A program made the position numbers and the translations under genes. From assembly GCA_012295275.1 (NCBI GenBank), contig CM022672.1:15066001-15130000 (forward strand): DNA of 64,000 bases, in the 5' to 3' direction. Each line of letters begins with the position of its first letter. The stretch's first letter is position 1. Shown piece after piece: positions 11,601 to 22,533 of the stretch. The DNA is from Chrysomallon squamiferum (taxonomy: Eukaryota; Animalia; Mollusca). Under the pieces are notes generated by a model, which searched no databases, was not told the origin of the DNA, and saw only the letters and a program-made list of their open reading frames with translations.

Positions 11601-14600
11601 ATGCTGAATGCATCAACTTGGAACACAAACCAAAACTTACTGGGTGTTTGTATCTTTCCTAGAAAAGATCCAAATGAAGTCAAATTTGAGGAAATCTGTG
11701 AAATATTCACATGTCTGAAGACAGGAATACAAAAAACCATGTTCATAAAAGTATTATGGAGCTTCCTATAAACTGATCAGGAGCATTTGCAAGTGAGTTT
11801 TTCTATTAATAATACATCCATAAATACAACATGTGGAAAAAGATCAAGGGTGAAGTAAAGAAAAGTTATCCTGCAACCCATGAATGCCAGCCATTATGTA
11901 GTATACACACCTGTCAGCAAAGTACTGAGTTGCTACGTCTCCAATAGGCAGTTTAGAGAGAACCACTTTGGCTCCACTATTACAAATCTTGTCAAGTTTG
12001 TCATATAGAATCTTCCATTCAGCATCTACAATAGACTGGTATTCCTGAAATTAGAAATAACATTATGTAATAAAGTTGTAATGTTTAAAGAAAAGAAAGA
12101 TACTAAAAACTGTTTTAAAAACCAGAGATTCAGTTTCTTCTTAACTGTATTATCAGTTTCCCATTTCTGGCTGGTTGATGGGTTTATTTCACTTCTTCGT
12201 TTATGCAATGATATTACATGAAAAGAAATTAGTCAGCCTTCATGTATTTGATGGTTGGAAAAAGAATTAAACAATAATTCGAAGTAATAAAAGGTATTTA
12301 GAACATTTGATTGTACAGTCGTAAACCAACTAACCATTTGTCTCAATAAATTACTTATTGAATGCATAAAAGCAAAAGACAGAATTTGGTAACTTTTTCA
12401 GACCTCAACAGTATCAACTCTGACTTCTGCATTATCTTTTTCAGCTTTCAGTTCAAGCTCCACGTTCAGAAGGGCTATCTTAGGTTTCTCATACTGCTTC
12501 CTCTGCATCTCAAACCCAGCATAACTGAAAGTCTTCTTAAATGCAACTCCAGCAACTAGGAAGGAATCCTGCACATATAAAATAATATATTCAAGCAACA
12601 GGTGAATGAATGTATCATGTCAAAAATATTATTCACAATCAAAACCAAACAAATAATTTAAAAAAAAAAAAAAAAAACTGTCTGAAATAATGGTAAAGAT
12701 TATTAATGATTAAAGAAAATAAATGGAAGTAGTGCATTTTGCCTTAATGGTTTAAACAAGCTATCACCAAGCTCTAACAAGAGTGCTAACCTCAAGAGCT
12801 CCACCCTGTACTTTCTTTATTCCTATCATATTGAGAGGCAGCAGATCATCTAGCATCATGACAGCATCACACACCATGTTAGAAAAGAATCCTTTCTGTG
12901 AGGCAACCAGTTTTGAACTCAGAGCAGTAGCAGCACATTTCTCTAACAACTTTCTCTGTTCTCTACAATTATGAATAAAAACAGGTCAGTTATCTTCTTT
13001 TTTGTTCACATCTACATCTCTGTACTGTGGACAGAAAGCCATTGTGTATCTTCTACTGCAGTTTCATTTGTTGTATAATTATTTCATAAGACTATTCATA
13101 CACTTTACACCAGGCAATACTAATCACAATTGGGATATATCTACTAACATCACAGCTCACTGCTTAATTGCAGAAAATGACTATGCAAAAATTGTACATC
13201 AAGCACATAGCATGAAAGGTCTAACATCTAAGGTAAGACTAGGCATAAGGAAAGCTTACTACGAGTAAGAAGAAAAAATCAGTATTATGTAGACTTGTGG
13301 ACATAGGCATATACAATCCACTGTGCACGATCATTAAAAATCATTAATGCTGATGAAAGTATTTGATGAACTTGTAAAAATAAGCCTACATGTACATTAA
13401 AAATGTGCAGTGTTCGACAAATTGTACATACAGAGTTTGTTAGGTAAACACTGAATAGAACTTAACATGATTACACCTGTAACAGTTCCTTGATTTCAGA
13501 CAAACATATTTTATTTCAAATAGTAGACTGTTAATCTGAATTTGTTTGAATATATAACTATGCAGTTTATTCAGTGTTCACACAAGAAAATTAATATAAC
13601 CATTTAAACATCCTACTGAAAATAATTTTTCAAAAGTATCATTAGAACATTTTGTTTTAACACTTTCCTTTTTTCCTGAAAACATAATTTTTAGCAAGTA
13701 AGAACTAGGCAGAGTAAAACTTACTTCATATCACTTTTCTTTGTTTTTACAGAAATTTCTTTTGTTTTTTCCACAGCCTGAAAAATAAACATGATTTTTG
13801 CCAAATAAAAAATCAAGAATTTGGTCCATTAGGCAAATGTGCAAAACATTTAAAAGACAAAATATTTAATCAGATGAATGTGACAAAATATAATTATACA
13901 GTTTCAGTTGTTAATCATTATTATTTTGCCAAATAAAAAAATTTGTTTTTACAGATTTTCCATTTGTTTTTGTCACTGCAGTGGTGAAACATTTAAAAGA
14001 CAAAATATTTAATCAGATGAATGTGACAAAATATAATTATACAGTTTCAAATCGTATGATTTTTGCCAAATAAAAAATCATGGTTGCGAGGAATTTGGTC
14101 CATTAGTGCCAAATGTCACTGCAGTGGTGAAACATTTAAAAGACAAAATATTTAATCAGATGAATGTGACAAAATATAATTATACAGTTTCAGTTGTTAA
14201 TCGTATTATTTTGCAGACTTCAGATGAATTGTAATTACTAAAAATTTGCAGTTGTTCACATTAGAAACCACTTGATATATTATTCTGTTTAAGTAAACGT
14301 GTATTATGTCCACTGCATATCAAGATCAGATTTCAGTTCAACAGATAATAACCTCCTAAATGTAGCAACTGTTTCTTCAGGTTCTTTTTGTGACTTAATA
14401 CTTACTAAATTTAATGCTTTTCTATATGCCCTGATAATGATTTGTGGGTGAACTCCTTCCTCGACATAAGGTTTGGCCTGTTTTAGAAATTCCCCTGCAA
14501 GCAATGTTACAGTAGTCGTACCATCTCCAACCTTTCAGAAAATACAACAGAAGAAAATTAGAACAGAAAATCTATGCCTGCAAAAGTTCACCAATAACAA

Positions 14601-16020
14601 ATGTAAATTTAACAAGTCAGTGCTGTGTACAGAAAGGAATCAAGAACTTACTTCATCTTTTTGTAAATTTACGTTCAAACTGAAATATTGATAACTGTGT
14701 CTGTAAATCACTGCAGTGTATGTATTTAGTGAGGAATTAAAAGGAAATGATGAAAGAATATTGATTTAATAAAGTTTTGCTACATACCTCAGCATCTTGA
14801 GATTTAGCAATGTCTACAAGAGTTCTTGCAGCAGGATGTATAACGTCTAAGGTCTTTAAAATAGTAGCTCCATCATTAGATATTGTGGCTTTTCCTATAA
14901 TTAAAATATAACATGGAACATGTATACTTCAGGTAATCATTTTTTTTTTTTTTTTTTTTTGAAAACTTGTCATAATTGTACTCAACTACCTAAGTAAGAA
15001 AAATAAAAGAATTGTAGCATGTATTTATGAATCCAGATATTACCTCCAGAATCCACTATAAGTTTGTCCATCCCACGAGGACCAAGAGTTGTACGTACAG
15101 CATCAGAAACAGCCAGACATGCACTTATGTTGCTGACAATTTGTGGGACACCCTGGGAGGTGTCTGTTCCCTCCTTCAGCAAGATGATTGGTGCTTGCTG
15201 AAGTTAAAATTAAAAATATCAAGTGTTTATTTTACATTATTATTCCATACACATCATGTAGGTGTGTAAAAGCTAAGAATTTGGAAACATTTTCATAACT
15301 ATATAAATACATTTCAATCCTAAATGTGATTCTCAATAACATTCTTCCATTTTATTAGTCATTCTCCTTAATGTTTTAGGTCTCATGTATTTGAAAACTG
15401 GTTTCTCCTTTAACAAACTCTACTTTGGAGTTTGGGTTTCTTTATGAATTCTTATCCTAGCTGGTGTGCATATTCGTTGGCTTATCTAAAGTCGTAAAGA
15501 ACAGATAACTTTTGTGGAATTTTATTCAGTTTACATAAGCATTAGTTTGGCTTAACATATTTCCTAAATATGTATGGCATGTTATAAAATAAGTTTATTT
15601 CATATATATATATGATATAGATTTTCACAGCTAACATTAGACTAGTGGGGAGAACTTTCTTTGGGCTCTGTCAAACACAACTTCTGTAAATTACTGATGT
15701 TTAAAATATCAGATTTATATTACGGGTGTGTTACTATAAATCTGATGGAAAGACAAAAGTATTCTTAAGATGATTAATTCTTACGTACAAACTGTCATTG
15801 TGTCAAGTAAGTACGACGAATATTTTATTGATATTTGGCAGTTGCTATGATACTTTTAAAAAATAATATAATTTGAATGAACCATCAGTGTAAAAAAATA
15901 AAACATTGTCTATTTTAAAAAATAATAACTGTTTCTGTTTATTTTTTGCATCATGAAAATTGTTATGAATTAATAGTCAGATTGAAGAGATTAAAATCCG
16001 AACACATTTCTACTCACCAT
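8606..16020 (-). CDS. CCT7: T-complex protein 1 subunit eta (CCT7), 12 coding exons, ~547 aa
   Basis: Minus-strand exons 16018-16020 (ATG only), 15044-15197, 14788-14894, 14406-14531, 13725-13777, 12791-12962, 12404-12568, 11911-12044, 10582-10734, 9896-10047, 9261-9449 and 8606-8841 total 1644 nt in frame. Eta-diagnostic motifs: [75 protein letters not shown]. Confidence 0.97.
13790..14215. repeat. Three-copy tandem repeat (period 143 bp) in CCT7 intron
   Basis: Identical core aaacatttaaaagacaaaatatttaatcagatgaatgtgacaaaatataattatacagtttca starts at 13844, 13987 and 14130. Confidence 0.9.
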
Positions 16021-16036
16021 TTTGTCGGAATGTTTC

Positions 16037-16051
16037 TTTCTGGAAAATTCC
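16037..16051. promoter_or_regulatory. Heat-shock element just upstream of CCT7 ATG
   Basis: tTTCtgGAAaaTTCc is a perfect three-unit nGAAn inverted array, 17-31 nt upstream of the start codon. CCT genes are established HSF targets. Confidence 0.6.
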
Positions 16052-16370
16052 GATACGGGCGATAACTCTAACGCATTTCATCAAATAATAATTAATGACA
16101 TTGTTATTTACGTTTCGTCTTTATTTATTTACTTATTATGAATGAATGAATGAATTTTTAAATGTCTCATCTATGATGCACCAGAAGCAGTTGTTATCCA
16201 TAATTAAAGGGCTATTATGTTAATATTATGATCGTTAATTAGACATAATTTCATTAAACTATTTTTAAAATTTTAGAATTAATTTATGGGATATGATGTT
16301 TTTGAATCTATTTGCCCGCATACATATATATAGATATAGATATTATTTATTTCAGTTTTACGTTGCAATA

Positions 16371-16406
<36 letters not shown>

Positions 16407-16435
16407 CTCTCTTTATTTTATTTATTTGTTTATTC

Positions 16436-16501
<66 letters not shown>

Positions 16502-17213
16502 TTTATTTATTGCATACCATGAAGGCACAAAGTCGAATGAAATTTAAAAATAGGAATTCGAGATCAATGTAAGAGTTTATGTGCATGAGCGAGCGCCTAT
16601 ATCATAATGTGTTTTGTTCTTTAATATTAAATGCTTTTCGAACATAATACCCTGGTAAGTAGCGTGCAGTGTTTGAATATCTAACAATGCTTATATATTC
16701 AACTGTCACATACTGATTAGATTTACGTGACTGCCTTGAAAGAAGTCAAAACGAAACCAGGTTCAATAACAGCCTGACAAATCGTATTATATATATATAC
16801 ACTTGTAATACTCAACTCTGGTTGATAACAGTAAACTCAGGCTATATTTCTCGCGGTTGTTATGTTTTGTTCAGACTTGCATTAATCGAAGCGAGAATTG
16901 CCAACATTTGCGTCAGTGGTAACAATAAGGCGTAAGTTATATATTGTTTGTTCTGGATTTTATTTTGTGGATGGATAACGAATGTATTTGAAAATGTTCT
17001 TCATGAATATGTCTGTTTAACAGAATCAGATTGGTAAGATAATTCAGAATTAAGGACATAAGAAAGTGCACGGCCGGCATTATAAATTGATCACAAAGAG
17101 AAATTGCTGTTAATAATACTAATAATAATTCACTGAGCTATTACCGAAACATAAATACTATCAGGTCGGGAATAAAAGAGAAATATTAATTTGACCTCTA
17201 ATACTATATCAAA

Positions 17214-18750
17214 ATGGATTTTTCGAAATTTCGACAGTCAGGTGATCTATCTGATATCACAGTAACCGTCGATGACTCGGAGTTCAAACTTCACAAATTC
17301 CCGTTATTTGCGAAGTCGGATTACTTCTGCAGTTTGGCCCGGTCTGGATCGACGGATTCTACGGTTGAACTAGAATCATTTCCAGGAGGACCGCAAGTAT
17401 TTAGTCTTGTAGCTGACTTCTGCTATAACATGCCGGTTGACTTTACCAAGAACAATATCGTATACATAAGATGCGGAGCCGAGTACTTACGAATGAATGG
17501 GCTTGATAACTTGGCAGAAATATCCGAAAAATTCCTCCACGACACAATTACATCAGCAAAGATGAGTAGATCAACTGCAGGAATAATAACCCTTTTACTC
17601 TACTGCAGCACTGTAGAGAAATTAGCAGAGAAAACAGGAATTGTATCCCACTGCATTGAAGCACTGGTTGACTGTTGGCTAAAACCGCCAACAAAATTCA
17701 GTCCTACATTCAGAAAGCCTCAACTAGATATTCACACTGACGATCTGGCTTTGAAGAACTTGTGTTCACTTCCAAGTATTTGGTTTGTTAATATTCTTGC
17801 ACTGGGACGTGATAAGGGTGTTAAGTTGTCTGACTTAGCAGAGATGGCAGTAAAATATGTGTCATCTGTTCTTGAACGTGCAGAAACCGAAGACCCGAAG
17901 AGCAGATCCGAACAAGGAATAGCTAAAGCTATCGAAATCAAATCAACATCAACAATCGACGACAGTGACATCGATTTAAGCACTATATCAAAGAGTCCAT
18001 CTATTATTACGCCACTAAGTCCGTCGCTTACGTCATCAGAAACACGTAGTTCATTAGTGAGTTCACCAGCTTCTAAAATCATCGACTGCAGCTTCAAAGA
18101 GAGTAAAAGAGAACCTGCTGCAGTCAGAGATCCAGGGAAAATTTTGGACGCTGTGTTGATGAGTCTACCAGAGGAGGCTTACTCTGGACCATTCATGACA
18201 ACTGAATGGTTGACGAAGGTTCTGCGAGTTGCTACAGTTCGTGGGTGTTCGTGCCGAAGATTTTTAGTAAAGATAGCAAGTGAAATGCTAAACACGCTTT
18301 CGCCTGAAGATCTGTGCATTATATCGCCCTCGGTGCTTCACGACATAGTGGTGGAGTCGTCTGGTCAGGATGGAGTGAATGCGGAAAAAGCTGCAAAACT
18401 TGTAGACACTTACATGTCAGAAATGGCGAAAAAAGGAGTACTGACAGCCGAGACGTTCAAACTTCTTGCTTCGGCAGCGCCACCTGATTGCAGAAGCAGT
18501 CACGATAAAATATATGATGCTTTGGAATACATCTTGAAATCAGGTTGGTATTACAATATATCCAAATTTCCATCACCACCCCAAAAGGTTTTAGATCCCA
18601 ATCAATCCCAGTATGACTGATAAATATTATCACCATTTCAATCAGTTCTTTTCTCTTTGATGAAACTGTGATCTGTTACTAGTCATTATTACTGGGATCC
18701 AAAAGTTCAACTTGCTTTAAATATAAATAAATAAATAAATATTATTTTAA

Positions 18751-18808
<58 letters not shown>

Positions 18809-19781
18809 AGAAAGACAAAATTAGCTCGGACCAGAGGCAGGAATTGCTGGACATTGTGAACTTTAACCTAATGAGTGAAGCAGGCCTTCAGAGGGCGTGC
18901 GATTCTCAGCTCGTGCCACCGTCTTACGTGGCCAGAGGAGCCCTCAGTCTTTGTGCCAGACTGAGAGCGGAACTCGATTCGGTTAAGTATATCGCTCAGA
19001 TGCAGGAGCAGGAACTCCAGAAGTATCATCGGCAAAAGTCGGACACGTCACCCCCGGGAAACGAACTCACTAACATGAAGAACCGATCAGATTCAGGTGG
19101 GTGTTTTTTTTTTTTTTTTTTTTTTTTGTTCCACTGAGTTTATATTTCTCTAGAAATCTAGAAAGAAAGAAAACAAAAATTATCATATATATTACATAAT
19201 TTTTGTTTTATTTATCAAATATGTTTTAAATTCAGTCTTTTAAGCGATGAACCAGAAATTTTAAAATTTATAATTATAAAATATATTGAATGGTTTCCTA
19301 CGATTACATCATAATATAACATTCATTTGTTAGATAAATAATAATGTGTTCTGTTCTTTTGAGTTATTTTAAAATATACATCTGTTCGTTTTTCGTATCA
19401 ACGTAGTAAATGTAATCTGACAGTGACTTGAACATTTATTTCTACACAGGTTTCTCTGAGATTCCTGCTAAAATCAGTCCCACATCAACCGACGCTGTCA
19501 AGGCTGCTCATGACGTTCTCTCTGCAGCTAGAACTAAACTGGCCACCCAGGATATTTCGAATTTCAGGCCTGTTCATCGATACCCTCCACAGTCCACTGC
19601 GTACGGCTACGTGGGAACAGTCGAACATGACATCACTTTCGAGGATGAGATGGAATTCAAATTTGATCGATCTTTCAGAAGCCTCGACCAGAGAATCAGA
19701 CAAAGGCCAACCTTTACAAGTTCCAGTTCATCAAACCATTCCACACCTCGGTCTTATTTCCCTTATTCTTACCGATACTAA
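17214..19781 (+). CDS. BTB/POZ + NPH3-domain + coiled-coil protein (NPH3/RPT2-like, NRL family), ~649 aa
   Basis: Exons 17214-18543, 18809-19096 and 19450-19781 total 1950 nt in frame. NRL-type BTB: SDITVTV..FKLHKFPL..KS...FPGGPQVFSLVADFCY...NIVYIRCGAEYLRM..NL..SEKFL. NPH3-domain motifs: LCSLPSIWFVNIL...GV, ILDAVLMSLP, LTKVLRVA..GCSCRRFL, AAKLVDTYMSEMA..LTAETFKLLASAAPPDCRSSHDKIYDALEYILK, then ISSDQRQELLDIVNFNLMSEA..RACDSQLVP and LRAELDSVKYIAQMQEQELQK. Confidence 0.85.
18749..18805. repeat. (TAT)n microsatellite abutting a splice acceptor
   Basis: TAT run directly before CAG (18806-18808) of NPH3-like exon 2. Confidence 0.9.
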
Positions 19782-20184
19782 CTATAAACGATGCGTAGAT
19801 TTTGTTATATTTACCGATATTGGTTCGTATATATACTTCTATATAATAATAATTAATAATATTACTTTAAAACCTGAGCATTGTATTTAAGAAAGAAAGA
19901 AAAGAAAAAAAAAAAAAAAAAAAAAAATTGAAAATAAAAAAACCCCAAAACAACAACAGAAAACAAATGAAGAATAAGAAAAATTTCAAACTGAGTTTAT
20001 AATTTTTGAAGAATCAACAAAAGTGTGGCTTTTATTTATTTTTATTATTTTAAATTTACAAACTGTAACAGTCAAACATTCAAGTCTACGCACTTATCTA
20101 TTTACCTTTTATGGACATACATATTCTGACATGCCACTGTAAACGTACTGATGGCATTATATCCATCTATCTATTTATCTATCT

Positions 20185-20222
<38 letters not shown>

Positions 20223-22394
20223 AAAGACAGTTTCTTAATCATTATTTACAAATTATTTTTATACTAATATTTCTTTTAATGACCGAAATTCGATCTGGCT
20301 CTTCAAACAAAAGCCTATTTTCAAAATATCCTAAAACTTTGAATTGTTGCATTTCTAATCTTACACGGTAAAACTAAAATTGATAAATCAAAAGCATATA
20401 CGCTTTAATGAAATAAATTACTGTATAATTATAACCATTTTATTCCAGTAATTATACTTGTATTTAACTATCGTGTTTAATTATAGTAGTTTTAAATTGT
20501 GATAGAAATACGCTTTCGTAAGTTTTCTTCTGGTCTTTTTAATGTGTTTTATGTAATATAAAATAACTACACAAAATAGTATTAATACACTGGGTCCTTT
20601 TATGGCTGTGTTTTACTGTCTGTGATACAATTTTTAATTCAACTTGCTTTAAACGTCTTTTACATTGCATGTTTTGGTTTTGTTGTTGATTGTTTTTTTT
20701 TTTTTTTAAACTGTAATTCATTAACGCATATGGACGCACAATACAAAATGACAAGATTTATTTTTCTTTAACGTTTTTCGGTTTCAATAAAATCATCGTC
20801 TCTGAGGAAACTACTACCTTTGGTCTGAGCAACGTATTCACTTTCGTTCAAATACTAACCCAGCTACAGGCAGTGAGACTGAGGATCAGTTTCATAAGAA
20901 ACTTCAAAAAAAAAATTAAGAAATAGAACTTTAAATACTGGAGACAGGGAACCCAGTGAATGAACTAGTAGATGAAAATCTAAGGTCTGTGCTAAAGGTT
21001 ACAAGATCGCATTTATGATACAGGCAGTCAGCACTGGACATCTAAGAACTTACATGACCATGTAAAGTGTTAAAGCGTTAAAGTAGAGAACAGTGTTTTG
21101 AGTCAAAAACCAGTATGTTTGAAAATATCTGTTGTGTATTTGTGTCTTTAAATATTTATATTCCTATTTTTCTATTTCTGGGACACCCATTATATTACTT
21201 GTTCATACATATCATAATTACACATTCACCTTCGTTAATTTATTATATGCTGTGGTTGTACAAGACTAAATAAAAAATAGCCTAAATGGCATATTCAAAA
21301 TCTTTCTTTCTTTCTTTTTTTTTTAAATACTCCGTCATCGTGATAATAGTCTTGCAGAATGGAATGAATTTCAAAATAAACTAGGCATAGGGTCAAAAGT
21401 GTATACCTGACTACGTTCACTGACTATTCAGCATAGTCTAACTGGATATAAACAGTTATATAATCTAGGCTTTCGGTGAAATTTTCTTAATTCCTTTCTC
21501 TAAACAGTTCAAAAGTTCTTGTTTATCACCTCCATTAACCTTTTCTTTCGTTCGTTATCTTTAGAATAACTCTCTGAAAGGCTTTACGCGTAACAAGGTC
21601 ATATTAAAAGGATTGGGGAAAAAATGGTTTGCAGAATTTCGCATAAACAGTATTTTGAAACCAATTTACATCGAAGATATTTTCCACATTGAAAACATAA
21701 AATAAACTATAATATAAAATTAATAACAACAAAGTAACTTGAAGAACATGTATTTACGTTTAAAAAAATGATGTTTAGTTACTGAATATTTTTATTATTA
21801 TTTTGTTAATCTCTTTTTCTCACTGTCAATGTATGCGTTTAATTATCAGTGTTCTGTTTATTGCACGGTGTCAGAGAACAGATATATATTAGTAAAAAAA
21901 ATAACTCAATAAGTAAAGACAGTAAATCATAAACTTTTGAATGCCAAGATTCAAATTAACTGTTGTGTTTGCGATATTTAAACACCACTGTTAAACATCT
22001 CGGTGGCTAGAGACGACCACCAATTAAAATTTCCTATTCTCGTATCGTGTTATTAATTAATATTTTCAGATGTTATCAAAGTAACGGAATACTGCGAAGT
22101 TTTAGAAAACTCACTTCCTATAAAGAAATAACTTACAGGTTAAAAATTAAAACGAATATAATTATTACAAAAACAGTATATCGGTAGAATTTTTAATATT
22201 ATTATTATTTTTATCATGAATCGATACTTTGATGTCAAGAACAGAAGCTGAAACTGAGCTGAAACAAATAAATAAATAAACCTAGTGTACATATTAGTAG
22301 TATAAACACAGGTGGAGACAAGTTGTTGGTGAAACCGATGACTCACAAAACGAGTGAGGTCCCTTCCTCAAACTAAACATGTACAGGAATGACG

Positions 22395-22520
22395 GGTAAT
22401 TTTAAACTCTCCAATCAAAATAGAGCTTTCATTGAGTCCTTTCAAATGAAAAGCGGCAATAAGAAGAGCAACTTAGAGTATTTAAAAATATTTTTTGTTT
22501 TTGTTGTTTTGCGGAAGCCA
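22395..22520 (+). promoter_or_regulatory. PRC1 promoter with G2/M-type elements
   Basis: CHR-like TTTAAA at 22401, CCAAT at 22411, reverse CHR TTCAAA at 22441 and ETS-like CGGAAG at 22512, all within ~135 nt of the ATG. These short motifs can arise by chance in AT-rich DNA. Confidence 0.4.
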
Positions 22521-22533
22521 GCGCATATAAACT

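Noticed and set aside
12105-12240. H/ACA snoRNA-like double hairpin in a CCT7 intron (minus strand)
   Set aside because: The hinge AGAAAU does not fit ANANNA, the second stem is mostly G-U, and ACA spacing is off. An Rfam/snoReport search would be needed.
13844-14195. CRISPR-like reading of identical repeats with variable spacers
   Set aside because: Eukaryotic intron, 63-bp non-palindromic repeats, mutually related spacers and no cas genes.
15708-15746. 12-bp perfect inverted repeat atcagatttata/tataaatctgat in CCT7 intron 1
   Set aside because: Short and AT-rich, with no further support for a miRNA or other ncRNA.
17732-18097. 121-aa antisense ORF inside the NPH3-like gene, and similar shadow ORFs over CCT7, PRC1 and gag
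   Set aside because: Antisense or shifted-frame by-products of real coding sequence, with no motifs.
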